From Myxococcota bacterium (GTDB lineage Bacteria; Myxococcota_A; Polyangia; Nannocystales; Nannocystaceae), in NCBI GenBank assembly GCA_039194325.1, contig JBCCWC010000013.1:1-64000 (forward strand): DNA of 64,000 bases, read 5' to 3'. Every line of letters starts with the position of its first letter. The stretch's first letter is position 1. Below, piece after piece: positions 22,364 through 34,400 of this stretch. The notes under the pieces were generated by a model. The model worked only from the letters and a program-made list of their open reading frames with translations, was not told the origin of the DNA and ran no database searches. A program made the translations under genes and the position numbers.

Positions 22364-22678
22364 GCTCATCCTGTTGGTGAGCGATGTGGGGAATCGGCGA
22401 GATCATGGCCGCCAGACGACCGTGATCCCGCCGTGATCCCACGGCAAGCCCCGCCGCAATCCCGCCGTTTCCGGCCATTGACGAGGTTTCGACGAGAGTT
22501 TCGACCGGCCCCCGAAGAATCCGACGAAAAATTCGAATCAGAGTGCGTCCGAGCACTACGACCCGCGACTACCTTGGGCGAGGAAGATCGCGCTCGTAGG
22601 TTTAGCGGTCACGTCCTCGATTTCTTACATGGCTTGAGTTCGCTTGGGCCTAGTTCGTTAGCTTGGAAGGATTCGAAC

Positions 22679-23554
22679 ATGATGGATTGGATGAAGGCGA
22701 GCGCGCCGGCGCTCGTGGTGGGGTTGGGCATGCTGGCGCCCGCGGCGGCCTGGGCCGGAATTCCCGAGTGCAACAACATCCGGATCGAGGCGGGAGCCAA
22801 CTGCCGGCTCGAGCTCGGCGGCAGTGGAGAGTGCCAGGGCAGCTGTCGCGCGGGGGTCTACGAGAAGGCGTGCGCGACCAAGCAGTTCGAGTACTGCACC
22901 GAGACCTGCACCCTTGATCCCGAGCCCGAGTGTACCGACGAGTGCACCGAGCAGTGCGCCGAGCAGTGCGAGGTGGGCATCGAGGTGGTCTGCCACAACA
23001 ACTGCTTTCCCGAGTGCGTGGGCGACTGCACGCTCACCTGCGAGGGGGCCGACGACTCGATCCAGTGCCGCGCCCAGTGCGAGGCCACCTGTGACGGCGA
23101 GTGTGATCACCAGTGCGCCCAGCTTCCGGTGGACGCGAGTTGCTACTCCCACTGCCTGGAGTGCTGCGGCGGCTCGTGCAACGCCGCCGCCAACATGGAC
23201 TGCCAGCTGACCTGCCAAACCGAGACCTGGGAGGACTGCGAGTACGAGGTGCAGGCGCAGTGCGAGGGCTCGTGCGACATCGAGGGCGCCCTGTTCTGCG
23301 ACGGCCAGTTCATCGTGGGCGGGGAGGAGCTGACCGCGTGCGCCAACGCGCTGGCCACGATCGGGATCGAGATCGCCGAGGACGTCATCAACGCGGTCGA
23401 CGACGCCAAGCAGGACTGGGATCAGGCCGAGCGGGAGCGTAAGGCCCGAGGGGGTCTGTGTAGCGTGCAAGACGAGGCGCCCGCGGCCTGGGCCACTGGG
23501 TTGCTGCTGCTGGGCCTGCTGGGGCTGCGCCGTCGACGGGTCCACGCTCGCTGA
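22679..23554 (+). CDS. Very Cys-rich surface protein with MYXO-CTERM-like sorting signal
   Basis: Signal peptide ending AAWA; CxxxC periodicity; C-terminus GGLCSV...LLLLGLLGLRRRR. Confidence 0.85.
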   Translation: MMDWMKASAPALVVGLGMLAPAAAWAGIPECNNIRIEAGANCRLELGGSGECQGSCRAGVYEKACATKQFEYCTETCTLDPEPECTDECTEQCAEQCEVGIEVVCHNNCFPECVGDCTLTCEGADDSIQCRAQCEATCDGECDHQCAQLPVDASCYSHCLECCGGSCNAAANMDCQLTCQTETWEDCEYEVQAQCEGSCDIEGALFCDGQFIVGGEELTACANALATIGIEIAEDVINAVDDAKQDWDQAERERKARGGLCSVQDEAPAAWATGLLLLGLLGLRRRRVHAR

Positions 23555-23953
23555 TCGCCCAACCCACCATGAGCCATGGGCCCTCCGCGAGTCGACGCGG
23601 GGGACCCGAGCCCAGCAGGGCTCAACACGCCATCACGAACGCCCCCGCGATCCCGGCGACCACGAAGAGCAGCAAGCTCACCACCGCGACCCGGGTCGCG
23701 CGCTCGGGCCACAGCTTGTGCCCGACGATCGCGACCAGCGGCGAGAGGCTCCCCGCGATCATGAACGTGAACATGGCGATCCGAGGAATGACGCCCTCGC
23801 ACATGCCCACATCGTAGCAGTCCGTAGCGCGCACCTCGTGCTCCCCGAACGCCGAAGCTCGGGTGACGAGTCGTCACGCCGTTATCGCAAGATCCGACAG
23901 GGAGACGCGCGAGCGCCCGACATGCCGAGCAACTCCAAGAGTTCTGCGCTGGC

Positions 23954-24634
23954 ATGCGCTTCGCAGTCACACCGAGCGTGGGATCCGCCAACGAACTCTC
24001 GTATGGGCTCATGGTCGAAGCGCACCGCGGAGCAGGGCAAGACCGTGCCGTCGTCGTCCCCGTACCTCGCGGCCTGTTGCTCGTGGTCGCCGACGGTGCG
24101 GGCGGGATCGCGGGCGGCGCAGAGGCAGCGCAGATGGTGGTGGAATCGATCCGTGCCGCGAAGCCCAGGACGAGCGCGGCGTGCGTGGACGTCCTCAAGA
24201 CCATGGATCATCGAGTTGCAGCGCATACGACCGCCGGAGAGACGACCGCGGTAGTCGCTACCATCGCCGGCACCACCCTCGCCGGAGCCAGCGTTGGAGA
24301 CTCCGTTGCGTGGGTGCTGCTCTCAGACGAGATCGTGGAGCTCACCGCCCAGCAGGTTCGCAAACCCCTCATCGGTTCTGGGCGTGCCGAGGTCGTCCCG
24401 TTCGAGGCAACGCTAGAGTCGGGGACGCTGTTGCTCGCAACGGACGGGCTGCACCGCTACGCGCAACGAGACGCGATCCGCAGGATCTCGAGGGGGAGCA
24501 ACGTGGATTCAGCGACCCGCAACCTCGTCGAGCTCGTTCGGCTGCGCAGCGGAGATCTCCAAGACGATATCGCGGTGATCTTGTTCCGCCTAGCGGATGC
24601 ACGCCGAGAGGACACCAGCGAGCACCCATCGTGA
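23954..24634 (+). CDS. PP2C/SpoIIE-like protein phosphatase
   Basis: GQDR, VADGAGG, ETT, VGDS, LLATDGL, QDDIAV motifs; start uncertain. Confidence 0.85.
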   Translation: MRFAVTPSVGSANELSYGLMVEAHRGAGQDRAVVVPVPRGLLLVVADGAGGIAGGAEAAQMVVESIRAAKPRTSAACVDVLKTMDHRVAAHTTAGETTAVVATIAGTTLAGASVGDSVAWVLLSDEIVELTAQQVRKPLIGSGRAEVVPFEATLESGTLLLATDGLHRYAQRDAIRRISRGSNVDSATRNLVELVRLRSGDLQDDIAVILFRLADARREDTSEHPS

Positions 24635-24720
24635 AGCAACCGAGCAAAGGCCGTGCCAATGGACAGCGCTGGGCTGCGGCCGTAAGCCCCGGCGGGTTCA
24701 CCACGCCGTCACGGACATCG

Positions 24721-25362
24721 TCATCTCGCGCTTCGCTCGAGTCGCAGCGTGTCCCTGATGATACGCGGAATGCCCAGGAGCTTCAGGAGTGTGCGACAGA
24801 TCTGCGAAGCTCCTTGCGTACTCGTATAGACGACATCGGTGGCTAAGCGGAAGTTGGTCGGGTGCGTCACATGGTGATGGAGTTGAGCACGTGACACCGG
24901 GCGACCCGCGCGCTCTAGCCTGGTGGCCAGCAGCTCCACACTGTCACCGATGTTCGCGTACGGCATCAGCATTACGACGTACGGACAGGGGGCGAGCAAG
25001 TCACGAGCGCGAGCTACCATGTGTGGATCATGATAGATCGAATGCCCTGCGCCAAAATCGACGAGCGCACCACTCCCATGCTCTACCGCTCGCGTAATCG
25101 CAGCAAGCTTCATGCGCTGATAGATCCGCCGCCATCCCGCCATTCCATGCTCAGCGACGATACTGTGCCTGAGTTGTTCGAGATCGAGCGTGTCACCTTC
25201 ATCGCCGCTCTCGACGTTCCGGTCGGCGCGACGCACCTCGGCGAGCTCGCGATAAGCTTGCGAGCAGCGCGCGTCGACGCTGAATCGCCGACACCCGAGC
25301 GCGCGGGAGAGCAGTATGCTCTGCGTGCTCTTGCCCACGCCGGGAGGACCGATCAAGATCAT
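24721..25362 (-). CDS. P-loop kinase (shikimate-kinase-like fold)
   Basis: Walker A GPPGVGKST, DFGAG; ATG 25362 overlaps the upstream stop (ATGA). Confidence 0.75.
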   Translation of the reverse strand: MILIGPPGVGKSTQSILLSRALGCRRFSVDARCSQAYRELAEVRRADRNVESGDEGDTLDLEQLRHSIVAEHGMAGWRRIYQRMKLAAITRAVEHGSGALVDFGAGHSIYHDPHMVARARDLLAPCPYVVMLMPYANIGDSVELLATRLERAGRPVSRAQLHHHVTHPTNFRLATDVVYTSTQGASQICRTLLKLLGIPRIIRDTLRLERSAR

Positions 25363-26267
25363 GATGGGTGGTCGCACGACGCGCCTGCCCCGGCTAGAAT
25401 TTCATTGCCGTCATCGACGACCCGCCCAGCCCACTCGAGGAATCCGTCGACGAATACTCGCCCATTCGAGTCCACCTGAAGGTCGCGCTTTAGCACGGCG
25501 ATCCCCTGCTCCATTCGAGCGACATTGCGCCGCAAGAACCGCAACAGCACGCGCCGCTCGGCCTGGCTCGACGCGTGCTTCAGCATCACGATATCGAGCG
25601 CGGTAACATGAATGAATGAGTACACCGCGTGAAACACCGCGGGCATCGGCCGCTTGCGATCGAGGATGATCGGGCTGTCGTAAACGGCCTCAGCCGGGTT
25701 CGTGATCAGCCCCTCCGAGCGAGTGAGCCAAATGCCCAGCGCGAACAGCTTGGTATGCGCCATCTCGTGCACGAACGACTGCGCCAGACCGAAGGGATCG
25801 AAGATCGTCGCGTAGATCACACCATGCTCGACGCGATGGCAGTGGCTCGACGAGCCGGAGCCGAGCACCCAGCGTTGCTCGGCGACCTGCGGATCGATCA
25901 GCGGATTGAACGCGTGAATCAGCGCCTTGAATTGCGCATATGCCTCTGGCCAGAGTCTGACGAGCTCGACCGCGCGATCGATATTAGGGTGTCGCAGGGG
26001 CCCGTTGGCCAGCCGCGCCTGGTGACGATACGGTGTATCATAGTGCCTAACAACCACCGCATCATCAAAGATGCGGGGGCCTCGACGTGACGAAGATTCG
26101 CCGTAATTCGCCCGACGCGAGTCGTCGTAGCGTAACCTGGCGAATCGTAACGTCACCTGTGTATCGTACCCATCGGCCTGAGGCTCGGCCATGCGCGACC
26201 AGTCCACCGAAGGTCGCCCCTGGCGGATCGATTGTTCGATGTAGCGTCGCCGACCCGTTCCACCCAT
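25359..26267 (-). CDS. HExxH-motif protein (aKG-HExxH peptide beta-hydroxylase-like)
   Basis: GSSSH, FVHEMAHTKL, YDSP...RPMPAVFHAVYSF pattern as in HExxH proteins of rSAM-RiPP clusters; starts 3 nt after the upstream stop. Confidence 0.8.
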   Translation of the reverse strand: MGGTGRRRYIEQSIRQGRPSVDWSRMAEPQADGYDTQVTLRFARLRYDDSRRANYGESSSRRGPRIFDDAVVVRHYDTPYRHQARLANGPLRHPNIDRAVELVRLWPEAYAQFKALIHAFNPLIDPQVAEQRWVLGSGSSSHCHRVEHGVIYATIFDPFGLAQSFVHEMAHTKLFALGIWLTRSEGLITNPAEAVYDSPIILDRKRPMPAVFHAVYSFIHVTALDIVMLKHASSQAERRVLLRFLRRNVARMEQGIAVLKRDLQVDSNGRVFVDGFLEWAGRVVDDGNEILAGAGASCDHPS

Positions 26268-26270
26268 GGA

Positions 26271-27227
26271 TCACCGTCCACGGGTGGTCAGCGAGATCGG
26301 ATGAATCAGGCCGCGTTGAAAACTCACCGACTCTGCGACTCGGAGGTGTTCAGGGCGTCGATACGGAAAACACAGCCCGCGCGCGCCCTCGGCCGGAAAT
26401 CCATCGCCACGCCAGTGGACGACGTAGCGCTCCGCGGTCCCGTCGGTGTCGCAGGACAGCTTGAATACCGGCGTCTTGACCTCGGCGATGCCGTGCAGCA
26501 TGGACCACGCCATCGGCCAAGACAGCACCTCGCGCTGCCAGGCGAGCTCGGCGTGGTAGCCCAGACGGATCCCCAGGTCGAAGAATTGATCGGCGAGCGC
26601 CAGCGACGACGCACAGTCCAGCGCGCACGGCGTATGGGGCACTGCTCGCACACCGATCCGGCGCAGAAGCAGGTTGAGCCGTGGGTCACCATGAAGCTCA
26701 CAATCCACCCCCTCTGATGACTCGCGGGCGCGATTGCGGAGCGCGTACGGCCACACCGGGTCGGCGAACCCTTGCGCGACGACCTCACGAAAGAATTCGC
26801 GGCAACAGGCCGGATATCCGAGCAGCGCGCCAAGGCGGTCGTGGTCGCGCGCGTCGTAGGCGTCGACAAAGGCCGCGAGCGTCTCGTCCGTCCCCACGAC
26901 CACCGCGACTCGTCTCATGGCCCGGGGCTTGGGAGCTCCGCTCGAGCGCCGGGCATCGGCCGCGGACGCGTCGACGACGTCTCGGTACGCCGGCAACGCC
27001 TCGTATCTCAGCGCACTACAGGCCAGCGACTGCTCGAGGCTCGGCAGCTCGTCGACCAGGACCCGGATCACCGCGCACGACCGAACGCCGTGAACGACGC
27101 TCGCCCGCTCGATCTGGTTCCACGCGTGCGCGATACGCCATAGCCTTCGCCGCCATAGTGAGGCGGCATGCTCGCTGACGAACATCACGCGTGCGAATGG
27201 TGGCAAGGGAATATCCAGCCGATTCAT
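26271..27227 (-). CDS. Hypothetical Cys/His-motif protein (GYPxCC, DUF483-like)
   Basis: LGALLGYPACCREFF and PHTPCALDC motifs; ATG 27227 overlaps the rSAM stop (ATGA). Confidence 0.7.
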   Translation of the reverse strand: MNRLDIPLPPFARVMFVSEHAASLWRRRLWRIAHAWNQIERASVVHGVRSCAVIRVLVDELPSLEQSLACSALRYEALPAYRDVVDASAADARRSSGAPKPRAMRRVAVVVGTDETLAAFVDAYDARDHDRLGALLGYPACCREFFREVVAQGFADPVWPYALRNRARESSEGVDCELHGDPRLNLLLRRIGVRAVPHTPCALDCASSLALADQFFDLGIRLGYHAELAWQREVLSWPMAWSMLHGIAEVKTPVFKLSCDTDGTAERYVVHWRGDGFPAEGARGLCFPYRRPEHLRVAESVSFQRGLIHPISLTTRGR

Positions 27228-28414
27228 GACTGCGGCCTGTCTGCCAGCGCACCGGCGGTGATGTCGAGCTTCATGAGCACTTGTTCCAGCAGTGGGTTCG
27301 ACCCCCGCGCCCACATCTTGAGCATGAACGCCTCCACCTCGCCCCGCCGCGGGTGGGTCGACAACGGCGACTCGCCCGCTGCGAGCGCACGCTCCTCCAT
27401 GCCTTGATAGAGCGTCATCCAGAGCTCACAGTGCTCGGTGCGGTTGCGCCAGTCACCGTCGACGGCAGTACCTGGGCACTGGCCCTTGCACATCAGGAAG
27501 AACCGACAGCCCTGACAGCCATGATCTGCGCGTGGCGTGTGATAGAGCGCGATGTAGCGCTCGAACCCCGGCCTTGCCGCCTTCACGAAGTCGACGCCAT
27601 CCTTGTTGGTGCGCCCGCAGTTCGATACTTGACCGTTGCCGTGGATCCCCTGGACCGCCGCCGTGGTGTAGGGGTCGCAGGCACGCCACACGCAGCTCAT
27701 CTTTTGATCGGCTCCGCGTAGCCCGTTCGTCAGGTCGTGGAACATATCGATGAACTCCGCGGGCAGCTCGCCGCTCAATGCTTCGAATGCTCGCAGCGCG
27801 TCGAGGTTCTCCGCGATCGACAACGAATACTTGGCGCCAACGTCCGGGCTATCCACCTCCAGCGCGTGCAGCCGAATTCGACGAACGCCGCGGCGTGCCA
27901 GCGAGCGCACCCAGTCGAGCAGCGCGGGCAGCCGCTCCGAGGCCGCGTTACCACGATGGAGCGTGATGATGATCGACACGGGGATCTTCAGCTCGCACAT
28001 CCGGGCGACCGCGGCCTCGGTCTTGCGCGTGGCGGCCCGCGTGCGCTCGAGTGAGCCCGCCCAGCGGGCGTCGTTGAGCTCGCCTGGGCCGTCGATGGAC
28101 ACACCGACATTGACGCGATAATCCTGAAACATCTGTAGGTGCTCGTCGTCGATCAGCGTGCCGTTGGTCTGTATCGTGCTGCGACCGAACCGACGATGGC
28201 TCCACGCAAACAGTTCTTCGAGGTCACGCTTGGGCGCCAACAAGGGCTCTCCGCCAAACAGCGCGAGCGGGCGTCCGGTTGCCTCGACCGCACGCTTGAT
28301 CGCGGCAACATCGTAGTCGTGCGCCGGACTGCCCGCGTCTCGCATGGGGTTCTGATAGCAATACTGACAACTGATGTTACACGCAACTCCCTTCAGATGT
28401 ACTTCTACGGTCAT
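27224..28414 (-). CDS. Radical SAM enzyme with SPASM-type auxiliary cluster domain
   Basis: CNISCQYC (CxxxCxxC), FGGEPLL, QTNG, SIDGP, C-terminal CQGCRFFLMCKGQCP...C (Cx2Cx5Cx3C); AAAGGA RBS. Confidence 0.95.
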   Translation of the reverse strand: MTVEVHLKGVACNISCQYCYQNPMRDAGSPAHDYDVAAIKRAVEATGRPLALFGGEPLLAPKRDLEELFAWSHRRFGRSTIQTNGTLIDDEHLQMFQDYRVNVGVSIDGPGELNDARWAGSLERTRAATRKTEAAVARMCELKIPVSIIITLHRGNAASERLPALLDWVRSLARRGVRRIRLHALEVDSPDVGAKYSLSIAENLDALRAFEALSGELPAEFIDMFHDLTNGLRGADQKMSCVWRACDPYTTAAVQGIHGNGQVSNCGRTNKDGVDFVKAARPGFERYIALYHTPRADHGCQGCRFFLMCKGQCPGTAVDGDWRNRTEHCELWMTLYQGMEERALAAGESPLSTHPRRGEVEAFMLKMWARGSNPLLEQVLMKLDITAGALADRPQS

Positions 28415-28467
28415 GAGTATTCCTTTGGCGAGCGATGCCCCATCGATGCTCCACGCGGTAACGGTGG

Positions 28468-31400
28468 CTACCAGAAGTCAAAGTGCGGCACCACGTCAAA
28501 ATGGTCCACGTGCGGGATGACGTCGAAGTGATCCAGATGAGGGAGGATGTCGATATGATCGATATGGGGCAGCCAGGAGCCGCCGAAGACCGTGCCCATG
28601 AAGTCGCTCACCGCATCGCTTGCGTAGCCGGCATGGAGCAGTGCGTCGTTGACCACCGTGTCGGCGAATCCACCTACATCTTTGAGCACATTGCCGACCT
28701 CGTTGATCCCATAGCCTGCGAACTCGAGGGCCTCGCTGACCCCGTTGGCCGTGGCGTTGAATCCGGTGATGAGCGCGTCTCCGACTTCGGTCACCGCATA
28801 TCCCGCATATCCGAGCGCCTTGGCAGCCGTACCGATTGTAGTGTCCAGAACATCGCCGAGGGCAGCACCAACCTCACCAGCCAGATAGCCCGCACGATAC
28901 ATGGCCTGGGCGATATCGGTCGCCAGGTGAGCGAACGTGCCCTTGACCCCCTTGATCACGTCATTGGCCAGATATCCCGCTTGACGAAGCGCGCTGGTCA
29001 CGACTTGGAGGCTATCGGTGAATGTACCTTTGAGCGCGTCTGTCACGTCCTCGGCAAAGAAGCCGACCGCCTTCAGTACCTGCGCCGCCACCTGGGTCGT
29101 GATCGTGAATGCGGCGCTCAGGCCCTTACTGATCTGGTGCGCGAGGTAGCCCGCGCCATGCAATGCGAACGCGACTCCCTCCTCCAGAAGCCCGTATACG
29201 GTCCTGAGCCCGCGCGCGATCTCAGTCGCGCCCTGACTAAGTACGCCGACGATCTTCGCCGCATTCTCGGCGGTCTCGTTGAACACGTCCTTGAGCACGG
29301 TAAACGCATCTCCGGCGAAATCGATGATGCCATCCGCGATCGCCGAGGCCCAGCGCCAGCTGTTGTCGAGGATATCGCCGAAGATCGAGGCCGCGTTGCT
29401 GGTGAGGTGATCGATGAGCACTTGGTGGATGGACCCAAAGTCGCTGGGCGCAACGTCGACCGAGATCAGCCCGGTGGACAGGCTCATCCCCCACAGACTG
29501 AAACTACCGGTGAACGACAGCGAGAACGACGGCGCGCTCGTGATCGTCATGGACACCTGAGCAGATACCGAGACATCGATGAGCCGGATCCGATCCACCA
29601 CGACCACCCCCAGCAGATTGAACCCCGGGATCTCGACGTCGAGATCGAAATCAAACCGGCCGGTCGCGGCCAGCGTGCCGTCGTTCCACGCGCACCTCAG
29701 GTCGATGCTCAGTAGATCGCCGATGCGCTGGGACAGCAAGAAGTACAGACCGTCATTGGGATCGACGCGGAAGTACAGGTCTTGCGAGATGCCGAGCAGC
29801 GTCACGTGCGACGAGATCTCCACGTTGAACTCGTCGAGGCGCAGCGCGACGTCGAGGAACGGCTTTGGCGCACCATGTGCGCCAGTGACCTGGAACGCGC
29901 CGCCGAGCAGGTTGATCGGATCCATCGCGCCCCGCACGGTCACCCCGTCCTTGTAGTCGGCGTTGGCATCGACCTCGGCGTGCCAGCCGAACACACGCAG
30001 ATCCCCGGCGACGGTGAATCCTTCATCGCGATAGTGCACCGCGCCGATCGAAGTCGCGCTGGGCACGATGCTGACCTTGACGTCCTCGAGCGCGACATCA
30101 ACGACGTTGTTGAGCTGATTCTGCAACGCCTCGGGCAAGGCCAAATACGCGGCCAGAGTCGGCGGGGTCGTGACCGCCATGAGCTGAATCAGCGTGATGC
30201 GGTCGGTGTGGCCCGCCACCACGAACTGATCCGCATCATTGACATCGACCATGACCCCCACGCTGCCGTCGATGTCTCCGATCCGCAGGTTGCCCTGAAT
30301 GCCGACATTGTCGATGAACGGCGGCAGATACGTGAGCCCGAGCTGGAACGAGAGCTGGCGGATGATCAAGCCACGGATCCCCAGCGGATCCCTCCACTCG
30401 TTGTTCTGCGTGTAGCCCTCCAGATCTCCCTTGGGGCTCCGGCCGGTGCCGTTGAGCGTGAGGAATCCAGAGATCGACTCGGCCTGCAGCTTGATCCCGC
30501 CGGTGAACACCAGGTGATCGAAATCGCTGGACACGACGTTCTTCAGGCTGACGACGAGGTCACCTCCAAGCGTGATGGTCGGCTCGAGGGGAGTGCCGGA
30601 GATCTCCAGGCCGATGTCGGCACGACTATATGTGACCGTGAAGTCTGCCCCAGAGATGATCTCGACGTTGCGCTGAGCCGAGAGCTCTGCGATGTACTTG
30701 ACGCCCTGGTCTCCGTTGACGACCGCCGCGTGGATCCCCAGCCGCTCGACGTGAAGAAGATCGCCGATGAGCTGCCACATCGGATCAGTGGAATTACTGA
30801 TCTCCACATTGGCCAGGAAATTGATCCCCTCCTGGACTTCAGAGTCAAAGCCAGAATCGTAGAGCGTGCCGTCATTGGCGACGATGAACGTCGGCCCCGC
30901 GAAGTTCAGAGAGCTGATGATCGGAATATCGGGAAACACGTTGCCCAGGCCAAACGTCGGCGTGGGCGGATCTTCGACATCAGCACCGGGCAGCTCGAAT
31001 TTAATCGCGGTCTTGGGCTCGCCCTTGTTGGTAAAGAACTCAGCGGTAATCTTCACGCCGACCTCGCCAAACAGCGACACGGTGCCGGTCAGCTCGACCT
31101 TGCTGTAGTCTTCTCCGACGAGATCGTTGCTCGGATCGATCTCCCGGCCCGGCTCGCCCAGGATGCCGGGCCTCCCCTCGACGAGCCGCAGCTGCGGGTT
31201 CTCGATCTGGATGAACACTTCGATCAGGTCGAACGCCGCGTCCGCGATGTCGCTGAATGGCCCGAGCAGACTGGCGTCGAGGGTCAGCGCATTGCCCGAG
31301 ATCGCCGCCTGCAAGCGTTGCAGCAGATCGTACTGAGGTATCTTGCCCTGCGAGACCAGCGTCGGCACTGGTAGGGGCGTTGGCGGCACGCTCGTGATGC

Positions 31401-34400
31401 TGTTCTGCTCGTAGCCATGACCGAGCCGCTCGGACAGGACGGCGTCGTCCGCCGCGAACGCCGCGCCGTGATTGACCCCGTCGTGACCGTTTCCCGTGCG
31501 ATCCGAGGTGGTGCTGTCCTCGAAGTTCCAGTAGGCGACCAGGCCCGCTTCGCTGCCGGTGAGGTACTCGACCATACCGGACTTGATCTGCTGCGCTGTT
31601 CGGACGGTGTTCCAGATCGCGACTTCATCGATCTTGCCCGGAAAGTAGAGCTTGTGGCTACCATCCGACTCACTACAGCCGATGAAGAGCGATGCGCTCG
31701 GGTTTGCAGCGTACGTGGCGGCCTTAGTCTCGATGAGCTCGCCATTGACGTACAACACCAGATCCTGCCCGTCGTAGGTCGCAGCGAGGTGGACCCACCG
31801 GTTGAACTCGACCTCTGGGCCCGACACGACGAACCACTGCGAACCATCACCGACCCAGAACTGCCAGCGATTATTCTTCCCCGCGTAGAACGCATACCCT
31901 CGGTATGGGTGGGAGGCCGTGGTACTGCGCGACGTCAGCGGCGATCGCCAGGTGCCGCTGCCGCCGGTGGCCAACGCCCAGCAGGTCATCGTGAACTGAG
32001 CGGGGTTGAGCGCCGCGTCGTGGCCGACCTCGACGCGATCATCGACGCCGTCCACGCACAAGATCGTATTGGGCTGCTTGAGGCTCGACACCGGCACGAG
32101 CGGAAGATCAGTGCCTTGTCGCCAGGACGAGCCTCCGATGAGTCGGCCGTGCGTCTTGCCGGGCGTGCGGTCGTAGACCAGCTCTCCTTCGGCGTCGTCC
32201 ATTGGCCAGTAACCGACCAGGCCAGGCTCGTCCCCGGTAAAGCGCCGGTACATGGTCGAGCGGATCTGCTCTTGCGTGCGCGCGATGTTGCCGAGCCGCA
32301 CCTCGGTGATCGCACCGTGGAACGGGAAGAAGCGGTCGGAGTGCTTGTAAGAGCCAATGATGAACTCCGCCGCTGGCGGATAAACGATAGCTCCCGACGG
32401 CACGGCGCTCGTACCCATCAGGTCGCCGTCGACATAGAGCTTCATCGTAGCGCCGTCATAGACGCCCGCGATGTGATACCATCGATCGACGTCAAACTTT
32501 TGCTGCGTTCTGACATATCTTAGTGTTCCACCGCCAATATTGGTACCTACTGTAGACATGACGAGTGAAAAGTGCCCGTAGTTCGCCCCCAGAAACCAGC
32601 CTTTTTGCGACGTACTCGTCCACTCGAGTACGCCGATGTAGGCATCCCAGCCTTTGAATGATGCCGGCTTGACCCACACCTCAGCCGTGAGTGTCTGCGA
32701 GACCAACGCGCTGGCCTTGTCGACCGTGCCGAGATAGACGTAGTCATCCTTGCCGTCGAAGCTCAACACCGCCCGCGTCGGCGCGGGCTCGGGCGCGGGC
32801 ACGAGCCCGCTGACGTCGGCCGCGTCTAGGCTCTTGCCCGAGCTCCAGGTGCCGCCACGCCGGACCCCGTGGTGGAGGTGAACCGTTTGATCCAGCGATG
32901 TGCCCGCCAGGCTCCAGTAGGCGACCAACCCCAACTCGCGGCCGGTGAGGCGTCGATGCATTCCAGCAGCGATCTGCTCGTGCGCGCGCACGTGGTCCCA
33001 CAACGCCACTTCGGCGACACGACCGGGGAACGGGAACGCTGGGCTGCTAGACGCCTCGCCCGTGCCGATATAGAGCGGCTGCGCCGGGTTCTTGGCGAAG
33101 CTGGATGCTTGGCTGCCAATTAGCTCGCCGTCGACATAAAACCGCATGGTCAGGCCGTCATACGTCGCCGCCAGATGCGTCCACTGGCTCAGCGAGACCG
33201 CAGGGCCGGACACCACGGACCACCCAGCGCCTGTGCCGAGCCAGAACTGCCACAGATTGTCGTCACCTGCGTAGAGCAGATATCCGCGGTAATCATCGGG
33301 CGCGCTCGTCGAGCTACAGGTCACCGGGCTGCGCTTGGTGCCCCCGCCTCCGCTCACGTTCACCCAGCAGGAGATCGTGAATCGAGACGGACTGAGTCTC
33401 TCCGCATGAGGAACTTCGAGATAATCGGTATCGTTCGCGAGCAAGAGCGCCAGCGGCTGCGCAGGGTGCTGGTAGAGCAGGTTGTCCGCCGCGAGCAAGT
33501 GCTTGTGCATGCTCGCCCGGACCTCGCTCTGGCTACGCTCGACGTTCCAGATCCGGATCTCGGCCATATCTCCTTTCCAGTGCGTATTTGAATTATACCC
33601 ACCGCCAATCGTAGCCTGGCCGATGTCATCGAGCACCTTGGTCTGCTCCGCCTCCTCGACGAAGAGCTCTCCGTTGCGATAGATCTTTGCCGTGCCCGTG
33701 TCGGCGTTCTTGGTAAACGCCCAGTGCACCCACTCGCCCGATGCGAGATCAGTAGCGCTCATGGCCTTGCTCAGGCTGTCAAAACCGGCGCCAGCGCCCG
33801 TCTGAAAGTAGAGCGAACCCAGCCACATGTGAATCGAGACCGTGCGATCGCTGCTGCCCTTCGGTGTCGCCCACAACAGGATCCGCTTGTCGTTGAGCTC
33901 GAAGTTGGCGTTCACCCACACCTCGACCGTGATCTGGCTCTGTATGCGAGGAAACACCTCTGCCGGGACGTCGAGCGAAGCCTTCGAAGTCCCGTCGAAT
34001 TGAACGTTCTGTGCGTCTGCGAGCACGAGCTCGGCGGCGGGCCCGGCCTGCTGTCCAGGCTCTCGATAGACCAGGCTGGTCTCGCCGGCCAAGCACTTGT
34101 GCATGTTGGCCGCGAGTTCGGCCTCGCTGCGCTCGACGTTCCAGACTCGGATCTCCGTGGCCTCGCCGACCAGATAGTGGCCACCTTGATAGCCCCCCCC
34201 GAAGGAGGCCTCACCGATGTCGCTCAAGCCCATGGTCTGGTTCAGACCCTCGGCAAACAGCGCACCGTTGCGATAGATCCTGGCGACGCCGGTCGTGGTA
34301 TTCTTGGTGAACGCCCAGTGCACCCACTCGCCGCGCGCGAGGTCAGCGGCGCTCATGGTCTGGGTCAGGTGGTCCCACCCAGCGCCCTCACCGGACTGAA

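Noticed and set aside
22679..23554. CxxxC-rich protein as possible rSAM (ranthipeptide-like) substrate
   Set aside because: It has a signal peptide and MYXO-CTERM-like anchor, lies on the opposite strand and outside the operon; more likely a disulfide-rich surface protein.
23622..23834. 70-aa hydrophobic minus-strand ORF
   Set aside because: Could be a small membrane protein, but there is no motif or clear RBS, so it was not called.
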